Source of the DNA: Felis catus
Lineage: Eukaryota
Assembly: GCF_018350175.1 (NCBI RefSeq)
Contig: NC_058368.1
Location: 237,958,001-238,022,000 of the forward strand
Direction: 5' to 3'
DNA: 64,000 nt
Part shown: in pieces, positions 38,299-52,719 of the stretch
Layout of the letters: every line of letters begins with the position of its first letter
Position numbering within the stretch: the stretch's first letter is position 1
Translations under genes and position numbers: made by a program
The notes under the pieces: generated by a model
What the model was told of the DNA's origin: nothing
Database searches by the model: none
Seen by the model: the letters and a program-made list of their open reading frames with translations, nothing else

Positions 38299-40310
38299 TG
38301 TGAGTGGCGCATGCTGTTGCCAGGCAGTGTCACAGCTTAGAGTTACACCCGTCCAACCGCGGGATGCTGAGGCATGACTCAGGGGCAAGGAGAATGTCCT
38401 TGCAAGGGAAGTCAGGAAGGTCAAGTATGGGGAGGGGTTGGAGCCTTGGGCTGAAGGCTGGGCCCAGCAGGCACGGGGGAGGCAGCCAGTCTGGAATGCC
38501 CCAGAATGTTCACATGTAGGTCCCAAAGCAGAGAAGGAGCAGCAGCCAGGTGCTCAGGGAAGCAGGTGCTCAGGGAGGGGCGGCCGGTGGCCCCTCCGTG
38601 GCATGGCTGGTGTGGCAGGTGCAGTTCCTTCCCCACCTCCAGGGTCGGGTCTCCCCTCTGCAGCTGCAGGGGTGCTCACTGCACCTTGCCGGCCTCACAG
38701 GGCTGTGGTGGGCACTCATCTGGGGACGGGGAGGCGCCCGGAGGGGAGGGACGCCGGACCAGGATGGTGATTCTCCAGCGGCCAGCACCGCTGTCTCTGT
38801 TCCGGGGCCTCCTCTCTGCCTCCAGCGTCTCAGGTCTACACGACTGGGGCCAGGCATTGTTCAGGGGGCACCACACCCTCTTATCATCAGGGACAAAGCT
38901 GATCACAAATTAGATTTGAGGATGTGGAGGCAGCTGAGCAAATTAAGGAACATCCCAGCCATTAAGTGACATGTAATTATTTAAGTACCTACAAAGCAAG
39001 AACACAGCACAATTGTCACGTTTACTTGAGTGTGTTCTAACTTTACTAATGTTTCTGTTTTTATTTCATAGAGAAAAATAGAAGAGAACTAGGATTTACC
39101 CTAATGAAAATATTAATGTGTTCTTATTTGTACCTGTATGCTTTCCTCTGGTCTCTAAATATTCAAGAAATGTTGTTTCTAAAACAAACGTGAACGGTGG
39201 GCTCCTGGAAACAGAAGACAAGGAGGAAGAAAGCTGGAGGGTGTGGCCGCTAGGGCATCGGCCAGACTCCGCCCTCGTGCGCAGGCGCTGCTGGCCAGTT
39301 GTGCGCGCCAGTGTCAGTGCGGTGCACGCGGCCAGCTCCCCGCTGCCCTGGGAGGAGCGTCTCTCCTGCTCTGGGCCAGACAGCATCTGCAGGTGAATGC
39401 CGGAACCTTCTATGAGGAAGGGAGGCAGGGTCCCCCTCCTGGAAGCGCTTCCCTGCAGTGAAACAGGGAGCTGTCCTTCAGCCGCGGTGCTGATGCAGGG
39501 GGATGGCCCAGGGGGATGGCCCACACACCGCGCGGGGCCTCCTCATTCATTGCACGTGCTCTCCCTGCCTCCCTCTGTCCGTCCTCTCTTTGAAGTTTGT
39601 CCTCACGTGGAAGAAGCTGGAGGAAGAAACAGCTGAGCTCCAGGTATATCAGATTATGGTCTGAACACACAAGTAGGGAAAAAACGTTTGCATCTGTTTC
39701 TGTAAGTTATTATCTCAGAATGGAGAGCTGTCTGCAGGGAACCAGGGCGCCCTGGACCGGCTCCGCCCCACATCCCGATGGGGATGACTGAATCAAGGGA
39801 AAGACAATCAAGAGGCGGTCATGGGGGCGTACAGACAGAGGGAACCCACGCTCTATGGCTTCCCGGGATTGCGCAGGGACTTAAAAGCCAGCCCTACGTT
39901 TCACAAGCCGGTGGATGCTGGCAAGACAGGAATGTGCAGCAGAAAAACCACACCTTCATGTACCCAATGGTAAACAGGACATCTATTTTGACTTCACCCG
40001 TAGCAGCGTCTCCTTGGCTTGGAAACAAAGAAGTATTTCTAAAATAAGCATGCACACCTCCCCCAACACAGAACGAAACCCGCTCGAGGGATCTGTTCTA
40101 GCGTGTTGGTGCGGTTTCACTGTGTACATTCAAGAAGCAATTTCTTCTCTCTTCAAAAATAAAAGCTAACACTGTAAATGCCCCTAGCACCTCATTAGAG
40201 CCATACTATAAGAATGGGGTTTCCTGGAATAAATAGCTTATAAAAGGGACGTGAAGTCAAGATTCAAAGGGAGCATAAGTTGATGTGAATAAAAATTGCA
40301 ATGTCTTCTC

Positions 40311-42422
40311 TTCTATACACCAATAATGGAGCAGCAGAAAGAGAAATTGAGGAACCAGCCCCACTTACAATTGCGCCAAAAACAATAAGACACCTAGAAA
40401 TAAACCGAAGAGGTGGGGCACCTGGGTGACTTAGTTGGTTAAGCATCCAGTTCTTGATTTCGGCTCAGGTCATGATCTCACGGTTCCTGAGTTCAAGCCC
40501 AGCATCATGCTCTGTGCTGGCAGTGCAGAGCCTGCTGGGGATTCTCTCTCTCCCTCTCTCTGCCCCTCTTCCTCTCTCTTTCTCTCTCTCCTCTCTCTCA
40601 CTCAATAAATAAATAAACTTAAAAAATAAATAAAACTTCTGAATATACATTTACTTTAAAAGAAAATTAATTAAGAGGTGAAAGATCTGTACTCTGAAAA
40701 CTATGAAACATTGATGAAAGAAATTGAAGAAGACACAAAGAAGTGGAGAAACATTCCATGCTCATGGATTCGAAGCACAAATATTGTTAAAGTGTCTATA
40801 CTACCCGAAGCAACCTACACATTTAATGCAATCCCTGTCAACATACCACCAGCATTTTTCAGAGTTAGAACAATTGGTCCTAAAATTTATAGGCAGCCAC
40901 AGAAGATCCTGAAAAGCCAAAGTCACCCTGAAAAAGAAGATCAAAGCTGGAGGCATCACAATCCCAGATTTCAAACTATATTACAAAGCTACAGTCATGA
41001 CGACAGTGTGGTACTGGCACAAAAACAAACACACAGATGAATTGAACAGAATAGAAACCCCACAACTATATGATCAACTAATCTTCAACAAAGCAGGAAA
41101 GAATATCCAACGGAAAAATGACAGTCTCTTCAGCAAGTGGTGCTGGGAAAACTGGACAGTGACATTTAGAAGAATGAACCTGGACCACTTTCTTACACCG
41201 TACATAAAAATAAATTCAAAATGGATTAAAGACCTAAATGTGAGACAGGAAGCCATCAAGACCCTCAAGGAGAACACAGGCAGTAATCTCTTCGACAGTG
41301 TCCAGAGAAACTTCTTACTCAACACATCTCTGGAGCCAAAGGAGAGAAAAGCAAACATGAACTCCTGGGACCTCATCAAGATAAAAACCTCTGCACTGCA
41401 AAGGAAACAATCAACAAAGCTAAAAGGCAACCAACGGAATGGGAAAAGATATTTGCAAATGACAGATCAGATAAAGGGTTAGTATCCAAAATCTATAAAG
41501 AACTTATCAAAATCAACACTGAAGAAACAAGTAATACAATTAAAACTTGGGCAGAAGACACAAACAGATATTTCTCCAAAGAAGACATCCAGATGGCCAA
41601 CCATCACATGAAAAGATGTTCAACATCCCTCATCATCAGGGAAACACAAATCAAAACCACAATGAGATACCACCTCACCCCTATCAGAATGGCTAAAACT
41701 AATAACACAGGAAACAACAGGTGTTGGCGAGGATGTGGAGAAAGGGGAGCCCTCTTGCACTGCTGGTGGGAATGCAAACTGGTACAGCCACTCTGGAAAA
41801 CAGTGAGAAGGTTCCTCAAAAAATTAAAAATAGAACTACCCTATGACCCAGCCAATGCATCACTAGGCATTTATTCAAAGGATACAAAAATACAGATTCG
41901 AAGGGATACATGCACCCTGACATTTATTGCAGCATTATTTACAATATACAAGATAGAGGAGCAGTCCAAGTGATGAATGAATAAAGTAGATGTGGCACAC
42001 ACACACGTGCACACACACACACGCACACACACACACAGTGGGATATTACTCAGCTATCAAAAAGAATAAAATCTTGCCATTTGCAACAACATGGGAGTCT
42101 ATTTTGCTAAGCGAAATAAGTCAGTCATAGAAAGACAAATACCGTATGATTTCACTCATATGTAGAATTTACGAAACAAAACAAGCAAGCCAAGAGAAAA
42201 CAGAAAGAGAGGAACAAAAAACAGACTCTTAAGTATGGAGACACACTGATGCTCACCAGCGGGGAGGTGGGCGGGGGGGTGGGGGAAGCAGGTGGTGGGG
42301 ATTAAGAGTCTCACTTGTGCTGAGCCCCGTTGCGTATGGACATGCTGAGTCACTACGCTGTGCCCGTGAAACTAGTATCACACTGTATGTTAACAAACTG
42401 GAATTTAAATACAAACTTTTAA
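40311..42422 (+). mobile_element. 5'-truncated carnivore L1 (ORF2 C-terminal half plus 3'UTR), frameshifted
   Basis: KDLYSENYETLMKEIEEDTKKWRNIPCSW, WYWHKN, HFLTPYIKINSKWIKDLNVR, zinc knuckle [28 protein letters not shown]; decayed TSD aaaattgcaatgtcttctc (40292-40310) / aaaattacggtatcttctc (42423-42441). Confidence 0.97.
40415..40670 (+). mobile_element. CAN-SINE inserted in the L1
   Basis: ggggcacctgggtgacttagttgg head; TSD core aagaggt at 40408-40414 and 40673-40679. Confidence 0.94.
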
Positions 42423-42866
42423 AAAATTACGGTATCTTCTCACGGTGCTCTCAGTTGGGTGGCTGATTTGGGTCCTAAAACGTCAGTGTTGGTATCTCAG
42501 TGTGACCTGGCTAAACGGGGCTCCGCACCGGCCACCATGGCTGCAAGCCGGCCCGCTTGGCCTGGCCTCTCTCGCTATGCTCATCCAGCCCACAGCAGGC
42601 CAGTGCCGTTTCCAGCCCCGATGTCAGAGTCCAGCACCAATCTGAGGACATGTGTTTCTCTAAAGAGAGAATGGAGCAGAAAGTGTCCCTGTCACATGCA
42701 CTCATTGGCACAGAGCTGGAAGGTGAACAGGAAAGGGTCTCCCACACTCGCACAGCTGAAGGGGGCATGGGGTCCAGACCACCCCTCTCTGACCTTCCGG
42801 GTCAGGCCTGTCACCTCCTCATCTGACCACGTCCTATGCTGTCTGTCCAGGCTGCTACATCCGCCC

Positions 42867-43074
42867 CAGTGCCCTTGCAAATTGGCACCTACTCTCCCTG
42901 TTGTGGGCCGTCCTGTGCACAGCAGGTATACAGCAGCGTCCCTGGTCCTGACCCACCAGGCACCAGTAGCAACCCTTTGGCTGCCTCCCCGGGTTTAAAC
43001 AATCGACAACGTCTCCGGACATTGCTAATGAAACTAGAGGTACAGAGGACAAAGCCACCTCCTGAGAAGCACTG
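42867..43074. mobile_element. MER20 hAT-Charlie MITE
   Basis: tgttgtgggccgtcctgtgcac..agcagcgtccctgg..ccagtagcaacc..aacgtctccggacattgc..tgagaagcactg. Confidence 0.85.
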
Positions 43075-43235
43075 TGTGAGACTGATTTAACCTTCGACCA
43101 GACCTTGTGGTAACATAAGGGATCGCCATGTGCATAAACGTGTAACCTGCTGTTCTCCTTATCAAATTGTTTGAATAAAAGCTAGGTAGTGTATGTTCAA
43201 GATAAGAAAGGAAATAAAGTGAGCTATGTAAAACA

Positions 43236-43481
43236 GATGATAGATGGAAGATAGACAGATGATAGATGATTGAGAGACAGATGATAGATAGATGATTGAT
43301 AAATGATAGATAGATGATTGATAGATGATAGATACATAGATGATAATAGATAGATGATAGATGGTTGATAGATAAATAGATACATACATAGATAGATAGA
43401 TAATAGATAGATGATTGATAGACAATTGATAGATAGATGATAGATAAATAGGTGATAATAGATTATAGATAAAAGATAGAT

Positions 43482-43521
<40 letters not shown>

Positions 43522-43690
43522 GTAGATAGACAGCCAGATGATAGATGATTGATAGACAGATGATAGATAGATGATTGATAGATGATAGATACATAGATGA
43601 AAATAGATAGATGATAGATAGATGATAGATAGATATACATAGACAGATGATGGAAGATAAATCATGGATGGATGATGGAAAGATAATAGC
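43236..43690. repeat. Complex (GATA)n/(GAT)n microsatellite, about 450 bp
   Basis: Directly visible. Confidence 0.97.
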
Positions 43691-44499
43691 TAAATTTTTT
43701 TAAAGCTGGTAACAGTGTAAGAAGAAATAAAGGTTACTTTTATTATTCCCTTTCTATGTTTGAGAATCTAGGTTTATATTGAAACTTGAAGAAAATTGAA
43801 GGACTTTGTACTTTTATGCCCCATTTTGGCCCTGACTTGAACCCTAATTTAACCTAACTACCCTACCTTTGAAACATCTGGAAAATGTCACTTCGCCAGT
43901 CCAGGAACATAGAAACTCAGCACTTCTTTGCTAATGTGGGATCTCCCAGGAGAGCAACGACTTGGGCCCATGTGCCGGCCCCTCCCACCGGGCCACCTCC
44001 ACATGCCTCCAAGACGCCTTCTGATGTCTGCGGCCCAAACACATCCCCTCCTGTTCCGTTGGCCGAAACAACCAATCACGTCCCCGGGAGCACCGATGGG
44101 GAGTTGACTCTGACAACGCCTTGTGGGCTGTTGGGTGTGGCCCCTCCTTTCCACCTGGGCCGCTCAGGTGCTCAAACGGTGGTCTTCTCAGGAGGCTCCG
44201 GGCTACTGCGTCCTGCCTTCCCGTCGCCTGACGCATACATACTTTGCTGCTCTCCCCTCGCTCTTCAGACTAGCGTTCCTGGCCTACTGGCCCATCCGAC
44301 CATTCCTACAATGGAAATATTAGGCAGACACAACGTAATGGCGTATCTTCCAAAATTACCGAGGTGCTCACGATGATGTACTGAAGTAATACACGGAAGC
44401 GGGGACTGGAGAGGCAAAATAAAGCATTGTCCGTAAATTCCAGATGCCGACCCCCCTGGATGGCGAGAAGGTAATACACCAAAGAGCCCAGATCTTAGC

Positions 44500-45060
44500 G
44501 GTTGTTAAATAAGATTCTTTGTGACTTGCAAAGAAAGGGGGGCACAAAGAAGAATTATCAGTGCGTCCGGCACCACAGTAATCTACATGTGTTTATTTAA
44601 TAAACAGAAGATGGCTTTATTATACACATTTGATTTCCATATGCAGCCGTCTTCTTATCTGTCACTTGTATCTAAGCAGGGCACTTTATACGGATCTGGA
44701 AATGAAAAATTCAGCACAGGGCACAGGAAACTCATTTAATGTCGAGTGCAGTCAAAATCAAGATTTCTTTATTTGTAGTAACAACGCTGTTAAATCAGAA
44801 AATTACTCTCCCTTTCTGCATGTCCTTCTTCCTTCACAATTCAGCTGTTTGATCATAAATTGTCGGGCGCAGTGACTGTCTCCAGCACTTTCCACACCGG
44901 CCAAGACAGATTAAAACTCCGGCACACCACCGGCCGGCCTCGGCATACCATTAGCATATATATGAGATTTGAGACATTTTCTAATATTCTCTAGCAGAAC
45001 TCATCTGTCAGCCAGGTGATGAATTATAAAAACTCTTAGCTTGTTTAGGAAATAAAAGGG
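44500..45060. promoter_or_regulatory. Candidate conserved non-coding element/enhancer
   Basis: AT-rich unique block with tgtttatttaataaaca palindrome, ctgtca (TALE-type), cttatct (GATA-type) and catttaat; inferred. Confidence 0.5.
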
Positions 45061-47596
45061 AGGAGGGAGAGAGGAGACGGGAAGACGGAAGGGAGGACTC
45101 GGATCCACCTTCTCTTTCCACCCTGGGACCAGCAAAGGGTTCAGGACCCGCGTGGACACCACCGAGGAGAGGGGCATCCGAGACCCGCCTGCCCCAAGCG
45201 AGTCCCCCGCCCCAGGCCGGGGCCTCAGGGACTCTGTCCCCGCGGGACCTGGGAGAGGTCTAGTGTGTGAGTCTCGGGGTTAATAAAACGTGAAGGGTGG
45301 ATTCAAGGCTTCGGGACTGGACCCAGTAAGACGCAGTGCTGTGTCCACTGGGTTACCGCAGCATGCAGCAGTCAGAACACCTTCTGGGGGGAACGTGGAC
45401 CAGTGCGTGGGTTTTGTCTTCTTTTCCACGGCCCCGCTCCGCAGCCTGGCCGTGTTCACGGACTTGGTCAATGCCCGGAGCGCATCTGCAGAACAAAGTT
45501 GAAAACTGTGCCCGGCGCATTTTATTTTTAGGATCACAGTTCCAAACAATAGGTCTTATTTTCTTTTCCCCCTGAATTTGATGTAAATATTTGGAAAAGT
45601 CTTAATCTGTCCGGCCCCTATGGCCACAATCCACTGAGAGAGTGGCTTACCCACAACAGAAACGTATCACTCAGCGTGGGGGCTGGGTAAGGCCTCGCCT
45701 GGGTCACGGCCTCTCGCTGTGCCCCCACAGCTGGGTCAGGACTCCAGCATACGGTGGGGGGTGAGGGGCACATTCAGGCCACAGCAAGTCTCTGATGACC
45801 ACGGGAGATGTTCAGAACCTGTCCAACCTGAGTTTCTAAAACTAACTATTGGAGCATCGGGACTTCTCGGGCCATCTGTCACGGACGGGAGCCCAGGGCC
45901 AGGCCCCCGTTCCTCGGGAGCCCTGCCCCCTCACACTGCAGCTGCCGACAGGCCCCCAGAGGGCCTTGTGGGTTAGTACCTGGGTCCTCCTGGGTGTGTC
46001 GTCCCCCCACGGGACACTCGTCAGCCACAAGGCCTGCCCTGTGAGCTTGATTTATCCCAGAAGCCATGGCTCACCCACTACTCCATGGGGGCATCACCCT
46101 GGGTGCAATTCTCTGGAAGCATCCATGGTCCTGTCCTCTGTGGTTTGTGCGCACTGAGTTCTCATCACTCGTGCAGCGATCGTCACACGGCGTTTCACTC
46201 TTTGTTCACGTTTCTGTCTTTGTTAAAAGGAAGCCCTTTGGAAAGGGCCCCACACCCCCCACGAGGCACACACGGACTGTGGCCCAGGAGGCCCTCTGAG
46301 GGAAGGGCCGGATGTGCTGGCGATACCCCAGCAGGGCTCAGGACGGTGCCTGGCTGACATAGGTGGGAGGGGCAGACGGCCCCCGCACACGTGCACAGCA
46401 TGCACAGGGGCACACGGACGTGCTTGCACATGCGTGTGGGTGCCTCCAAGCGTGCAGGCGACAGTCAACCGATGCCTACGTAGAGGGGCATTTTGGAAAC
46501 GACGTGTACTTTAAACTGCAGGGAGCAGACGGCGGAGGCTTGTGCCCGCAGTCCCCCCGGCCGCGCCCAGCGGGGAACCAGCCTCCAATCACTTCCTTCC
46601 ACTGAAATGAAAAATGAAAGTAATTCACAGAAGAGTGCTTTACCATTTTGACAAAAAGGTAAAAATCTCCTGAGGAAAATAGCCCAAGGTCGGCAAAACA
46701 CCCCAGAGAGATATTAATTGATTAGGCATCTCATCTGATGGACTGTAGTTCCACTTGGGTGCATGAATTCAGGAGACCCCAGAACTCGAGGCAGGGCGCC
46801 GGGCTGGCCCCCGCCCCGCCCCCGGCCATGGTGATGCTCTGACACCACCTCCTTCTTCCTCCCAAGGTCACTGATGAGCTGACATGAAATTCCCGGGAAC
46901 CCTCCACGAACCGAGGAAACAGTGGGCAGTTCCTGATCTCCGCAGGGGAAGCGCCATCCGCGAGGTCTGGAGTCGGGGTCTCGGTGGTTAAAGCGCAGGA
47001 GGGCAGCTCCCGCCAGCAGGGCGACCTCCTTGAGCAGGGCCGAGTGGGCCCCCTGCTTTGGGGGGTTCTTCTGACCCCCAGGGGCCGCCCCGGGACAGGA
47101 AGGGCGCTCCCCCCCACCAGCCGCACAGCGGGCCCCAGGTCTGTCCAGCGCCGTGCCCAGATGAGCCTACTCCTGCCACGTCTGAGCAGACAGCCCTGAG
47201 CGTGTCCCCAGACAGCACCCTCTTCCCCATGCTCCTCACCAGACGTGCGATGTCTTCCCCCACCCGCTAGATGTGATGTGTCAGACGCACCGTCACAGAC
47301 CCGTCCAGCTTCTTGATGGAATCCAGCCCAGAGCAGCGTCCCCTCCCCAGAGCCACACGACACAAGCCACATCCTGAAATGAGGTCCCCATTCCAGAGAG
47401 TCTGTGTCCCCCGCTGTGTGTGGCCTCCTGCTGCCATGAGCCCCAGAGCCAGGCCATCACACCGCAGGTGAGCCCGCGGGTGTGGGCGGGAGTCATTTCA
47501 CGCCATGTGGAGTAGAAAACCACAACCACGAGCGGCGTGGTCACGACAGCGGACGCTTCAAATCGCACGGACTGACGTTCCGACCTCACTCAGGGT

Positions 47597-47795
47597 GGGG
47601 GCGCTTGGTTGGGCATCCGACTCTTGATTTCGGTTCGGGTCATGATCTCATGGTTCCTGAGTTCGAGCCCCAGCTTGGGCTCTTCTGTGCTGACAGTGCG
47701 GAACCTGCTTGGGATTCTGTGTCCCCGTCTTCCTGCCACTCCCTGCTCCCACTGTCTCTGTCTCTCTCCACATAAACAAATAAACTAAAAAACAA
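47597..47795 (+). mobile_element. CAN-SINE
   Basis: TSD tcactcaggg at 47586-47595 and 47796-47805. Confidence 0.93.
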
Positions 47796-50700
47796 TCACT
47801 CAGGGCTGTCAGCCGGCTGTGAGCACAGCCACAGCGAGCTCCGTGAGAGCCGCCTGGACATGCTGTCCCAACACTGCCAGAGGGATTTTCCTCCGTCCGA
47901 ACCCCCAAGTCCAGCGAAGTCTTGGGACACGTTGACCTAACTGTCAAATGTTCTTTTTTGTTTAGGTGCCAAACTGACTTGTAAAAGGAAAAATGAGGCA
48001 GAACAGAAACATCCATGAATCTGAAAACAACCCAACTGAAGGCACCAGCCGCCCCCAACTTTACTTTCCCAGAGGGTTGGACATCCTCACACCGTCCGGT
48101 CCATAGACTCGCATCCACCCCTCCCGGTGGAGGAGACCTCGGACAAGGCACCTGTCAGAATGCGAAGATGTGGAAGCAGCCCTTCCCTGTGGGAGCTCAG
48201 GCCCCCTGGACACCAGAGGCGTCTGCGGGGACAGGCAGACCAGGAGGAAGGGGACAAACCTGCTTAAGCTCAGGAGACCAGATGTTCGACAGGAGAACAG
48301 GGAGCCGCCCGCGCCCTCACATGTCCTGTTGCGGTGGCTTGCAAGGCACAGGGACGTCAGGATTCATTTCCAGAGGCCCGAAGTCCCAGCATCCTGAGGG
48401 ACAGACACCCAGTGATTTCAGCCAGCCTTGCTTCTGGGGGTGCGGGGCAGGGGTGTTCTGGAAGGCTCCGCTGTGTCCTGTGTCCGGCCCAAACTCCCAC
48501 TGTGGCTTCTTCCGCCACTTCGCCAAAAATCTTCCCGCCACGAGGACAGCCAGGAGAAGGCTCTCAGCCGACCGAGACCCCAGAAGCTTGGGGGTGATGC
48601 GGGCAGAGCCTCAGCACAGCAGGGCTGGGCACGGCGGCCGCGTAGGAGCTCAGCCTCACGACCCCCTGGCGGTGACACGGGTGCGGCCTCCTGGGGCCCA
48701 GCTGTCCTCCGCTCTGTCCCAGGAGCAATTCTGCTCCTCCGAGGGAACCACCTGCCTGTGCCCCATCCTGGGACTTCGCCCCCTGTGGGCCAGGCGCTGA
48801 GAAAGCAAGGCCTTCTCCACCCCCCACCCTCGGATCGAGCAGCTCCGAAACGGGCCTCTCTACAGCGTGACCGAGAGGGCCTGTGTCCTCCAGGGAACGC
48901 CCAGCCCGTGGCTGCGTGTCTGGCTCGTCTCCACCCCCAGCACAGTCCTCAGGGAAAAATTAGCTCCTTCTGCGCATTTCTGAGCTACTCCCTTTGAACG
49001 TCTGCCCCAGAGGCCCCAGCGGCTCGGCAGGGAGATGGGGCGGGTGGACCCCGCAGGGACTGCAAGCAGGGCCCCCAAGGCCTCGTGGCCAAGCTGAGCG
49101 TCTCCCCTGCTTCCGGACGAGAACTCACACGTGTATGCGGTTAACAGTGATTTTCTGAGGCCGTGCAGAATCACCCACGTCTAGAAAAAGAAGAGTCGCA
49201 CTTGCAGTGACATTTGCTCGCAGACCGCTCAGGCCTTCCCAGTTTCCGCCTCTCGACTCCAGAATCAGGCCTCATCTCTGTCAGAGGTCCTTCCAGAGCC
49301 CGTGTGTCTGTGGCGGTGAGTTGACATGTTTCTGCATAAGTAGCCAGCGGCGCTCAGACCCCCAAAGCGGCCGTGCCCTCTCGCTGGCAAGCTTTCCAGT
49401 GTGCCAAGGTCGGGCTTCAGCAACTCTACCTTCACAGTCACAAGAGCAAGGCACCGCCGTGCGGGGAGGCCAGCGGGACATTGGAACGTAGCTCCTTCAC
49501 AGCCTGACTGCTGGGCCTGGAGGCGGGCGGGAGCTGGGCCAGGAGCGCGTGGCCCCCAGGGGCACCCGTGTCCGACTCTCCCAAGGCAGACGGAGGCCGG
49601 GGGCCCGTTCCCTGCCCCTCAGCAGCTGCGCAGTCATTTCATGGGTGCATGAGCCCCGGGCGTCGCCTTAGGGGTGTGACCCAGCTCCCCCCTCCCGCTT
49701 GATTCGGCTCCCTGAAGTCAAGAGACAGAGTGCCTGTGGGAGAGGTTACACATTTTCCTTCCGTTCGTGCTGACACTCACACATTCCGGAAGGTCCTAGT
49801 CAGCCATACGCGCAAAGTCAGCAACGGGTGGCCGTCAAGGCTCCGGGACGTCCCCCGGGTGCTCCGGCAGTGAGCCCCTGCCCTCCAAACCCCTCGCCAA
49901 ATGTAAGACGAGCCGGATTAAAATGGCCGTGACACAGCCCCATCAGCAGGCAAGGCCCTCGGCGGCCACTCGGATGGAAGTGTGACCCCGGGACTCCTCG
50001 GCCAGCCTGAGTCCCCGTGAGGACAGCAGCGCCCCGCACGGGGGAAACAGGGCGTCTCCTGTGACAAAGCACCTCAGCGTGAGGCCCTGTGCGTTTTCTT
50101 GGGAATCTGCCCAGAGTGCCTCTGAGGGAAGAAACTGTCCTTTTTTGGAGACACAGTTAAGCCCTCAGGGTAGGAGGTGAGCCTGCAGCCATGTGTGGGG
50201 ACGTCGGTGCCCGGCAGCGGGCAGGTCTTAAGGCTCACAGGTGAGAATCACGTTGTCTCAGAGCCGCTCTGGGCGGGGGAGGGGACCCGGGCAGGGGCAG
50301 CTCTCGACCTTTTCCCAGACTCCTATTACCGGGCACGTGCCCCGTGATGGGTTTGTGTGTCTAAAGGGCAGTTTTATGTGTCTCTTTGCCCTCGAAGCCC
50401 TCCAGGGGCCAAACGGAGCCCACAGTCCTCAGACCCAAGTTCAAAGTCCCCACAACCAAGGCCCAACTTCCAGAACCTCACTGTCCACCGTCCACTGCTG
50501 TCCACGTAACTGTGGGGACAGCAGAGCGGACATCCCCCCATCACCCCCTCCCCCCGGGCCTCAGGCTTCCTGGACACCGGGCCCCGTCCCTGGGCTTCCC
50601 AGGTGGTCCCCTGACTGCGGCCACTCATGCTTCAGACAGCGAGACATCCGCCGTTGAGCCAGAAGCCAGAATCATGCACAGCCCTGACCCCACCCTCCAG

Positions 50701-52512
50701 GCCTGACCCTGCAGCAGGGAGGTCTCGGGGGGGGGGGGGGGGGCTCCGTTGTCCTCCCTCCTGGAGCCCCCACGGCTGCCCCTCCAAGGCCCAGGCTCTG
50801 GGGAGGGTCAAGCCTTCAGGGTCTGTGGTACCCGAACCCTCTTCCAGGAACGTAAGCCGGCAGCCAATCTTCAGCAGGCGGGTCGCCCTCACGGGCTGCG
50901 TTGGCGGGTGTGAAGATGTCTGCCGGGAGCTCCGGGAGTCCCTGATGCCCAGGGGGCCGTGTCCAGGGGCGTCCTTGGCTCACAGGGGCGGCCTGACGTC
51001 CCTCAGGTCAGCCGGGCGGCCGGGGGATCTGCGCCAGGCCTGGCTGCTCTCCGCACACGCGTGCCTCTGCCATCGGCGGGGTGTGGGCTGTGGCTGCTGG
51101 GCCCGGGTGGTCTCACTCCCCCGGGGGGTCAGCCAGCTGTCAGCTCGGGGGCCGGCGAGACTGGGCCGCGTGGCTCCCCTGTCCGCTGGGCTGGCCTGCT
51201 GTGCTCAGGGTCCCCGACACCCACGGAGTCCCGGGCTCAGAACCAGCTGAGAAGCACATCACCTCTGCCACATTCTTCGGCCCGAAGACACAGGGGCGGC
51301 GAGGCCAGCCGGGATCCAGGAGGTGGGGAGACACCCGCGTTCTCCAGTGGAGCTTCTGGGTCACCCTGCAGAAGGGCACGGATGCAGGGCGGGGTCCCCA
51401 GGGACATCTGATGGCGACCCACACACCCCTCAGCCCATCTCCCCAAGAGGAAGGGGCTCAAGCCCACAACCGGCTGCCGCTTCCACCTGCCGTTGGGAGA
51501 CCCCTGCAGCCCGGTCCTGCCCAACGGTAGGCACGCCATCCCCAGCGGCTGCGCCCTCCGGCCTCGCACGCCCCCGTGGGCTTCCTGGCCAAGCTCCCGC
51601 TTCGGCGTTCTCTGGGAAGGCGACGTGTTCCAGTCCACCCCAAAGCCTCCGGTGGTTCTCGCGCTTCTCCTGGGAACGGCCTCGGGTGGCGTCCGCCCGC
51701 CCCGGGCAGCACAAAGACCCGTGATCCCCGGCTCGGGGGCTCCCGGTGTCTGCCTCCGCTTTCCCTGGAGGCCGCTGCACTGGCAGGGGGGTCGGGGACG
51801 GGGCGGAAAGCTGGCCGCGCTCCCCTGATGCACAGGTCCTCCCTTCGCGTGGTGGGCGGACGACAGGAGCCGGTCAGAGCCTAAGCCCTTTCTAGAATGA
51901 GGGCCTGGGGTCCTCACGTGGAAATTCACGCAGAAATTCAGAGGCGAGAGTAAGACGCCTGCTTCACCTCCGGTTCCACACGGACCCGACTTTCTGGTGG
52001 CCTCACAAACACTCTTGTTTTGTCCTGCGTCACGAGGGAACTTGCTGGCTCTGTGAAGACACTACCTTTCCAACTACGCTGTATTCTGTGTGAGGCTGGG
52101 GCAGGCGGCAAGGGGCGTCTCGCTTACCTCTCTGCCGAGGAAATCCAAACCCAGTGGTCCCAAGGCTGGAGTGTCACAGGCCTGCAAATGCTCGTGCGGA
52201 AAGCACCCGAACGACCGCGGGCCGGCCCCTACGGTTCTGCCTTCGGCCACCTCCTCCCAGACCTCATCAAGTCAGTTGTTGTGCGACGGGTCTGCTTGCT
52301 GCACAGAATGGCCAAAGACATTGAAGGATAACGATTGTTTCCCTTTAAAAATGATCGATCGCTGTAAACCGAATACAGTTCGAGGAGAGCAATGAACTCA
52401 CTGACTGGAATGGGCTCTTCAAGGGCCACCACCCACATCCAAACAGCCAGGGTTCCGGGAACTTGCTTCAGGACAAACTTCACTGCCTCTTTCTTTATTT
52501 TTAAAGTTTATT

Positions 52513-52717
52513 GGGGCGCCTGGGTGGCGCAGTCGGTTAAGCGTCCGACTTCAGCCAGGTCACGATCTCGCGGTCCGGGAGTTCGAGCCCCGCGTCAGAC
52601 TCTGGGCTGATGGCTCAGAGCCTGGAGCCTGTTTCTGTGTCTCCCTCTCTCTCTGCCCCTCCCCCGTTCATGCTCTGTCTCTCTCTGTCCCAAAAATAAA
52701 TAAACGTTGAAAAAAAA
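52513..52717 (+). mobile_element. Young CAN-SINE (SINEC_Fc type)
   Basis: CpG-intact head ggggcgcctgggtggcgcagtcggttaagcgtccgac; TSD ttttaa(a)gtttatt. Confidence 0.96.
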
Positions 52718-52719
52718 TT

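Noticed and set aside
40678..41973. L1 ORF2 peptides as an active gene
   Set aside because: 5'-truncated, frameshifted and SINE-interrupted
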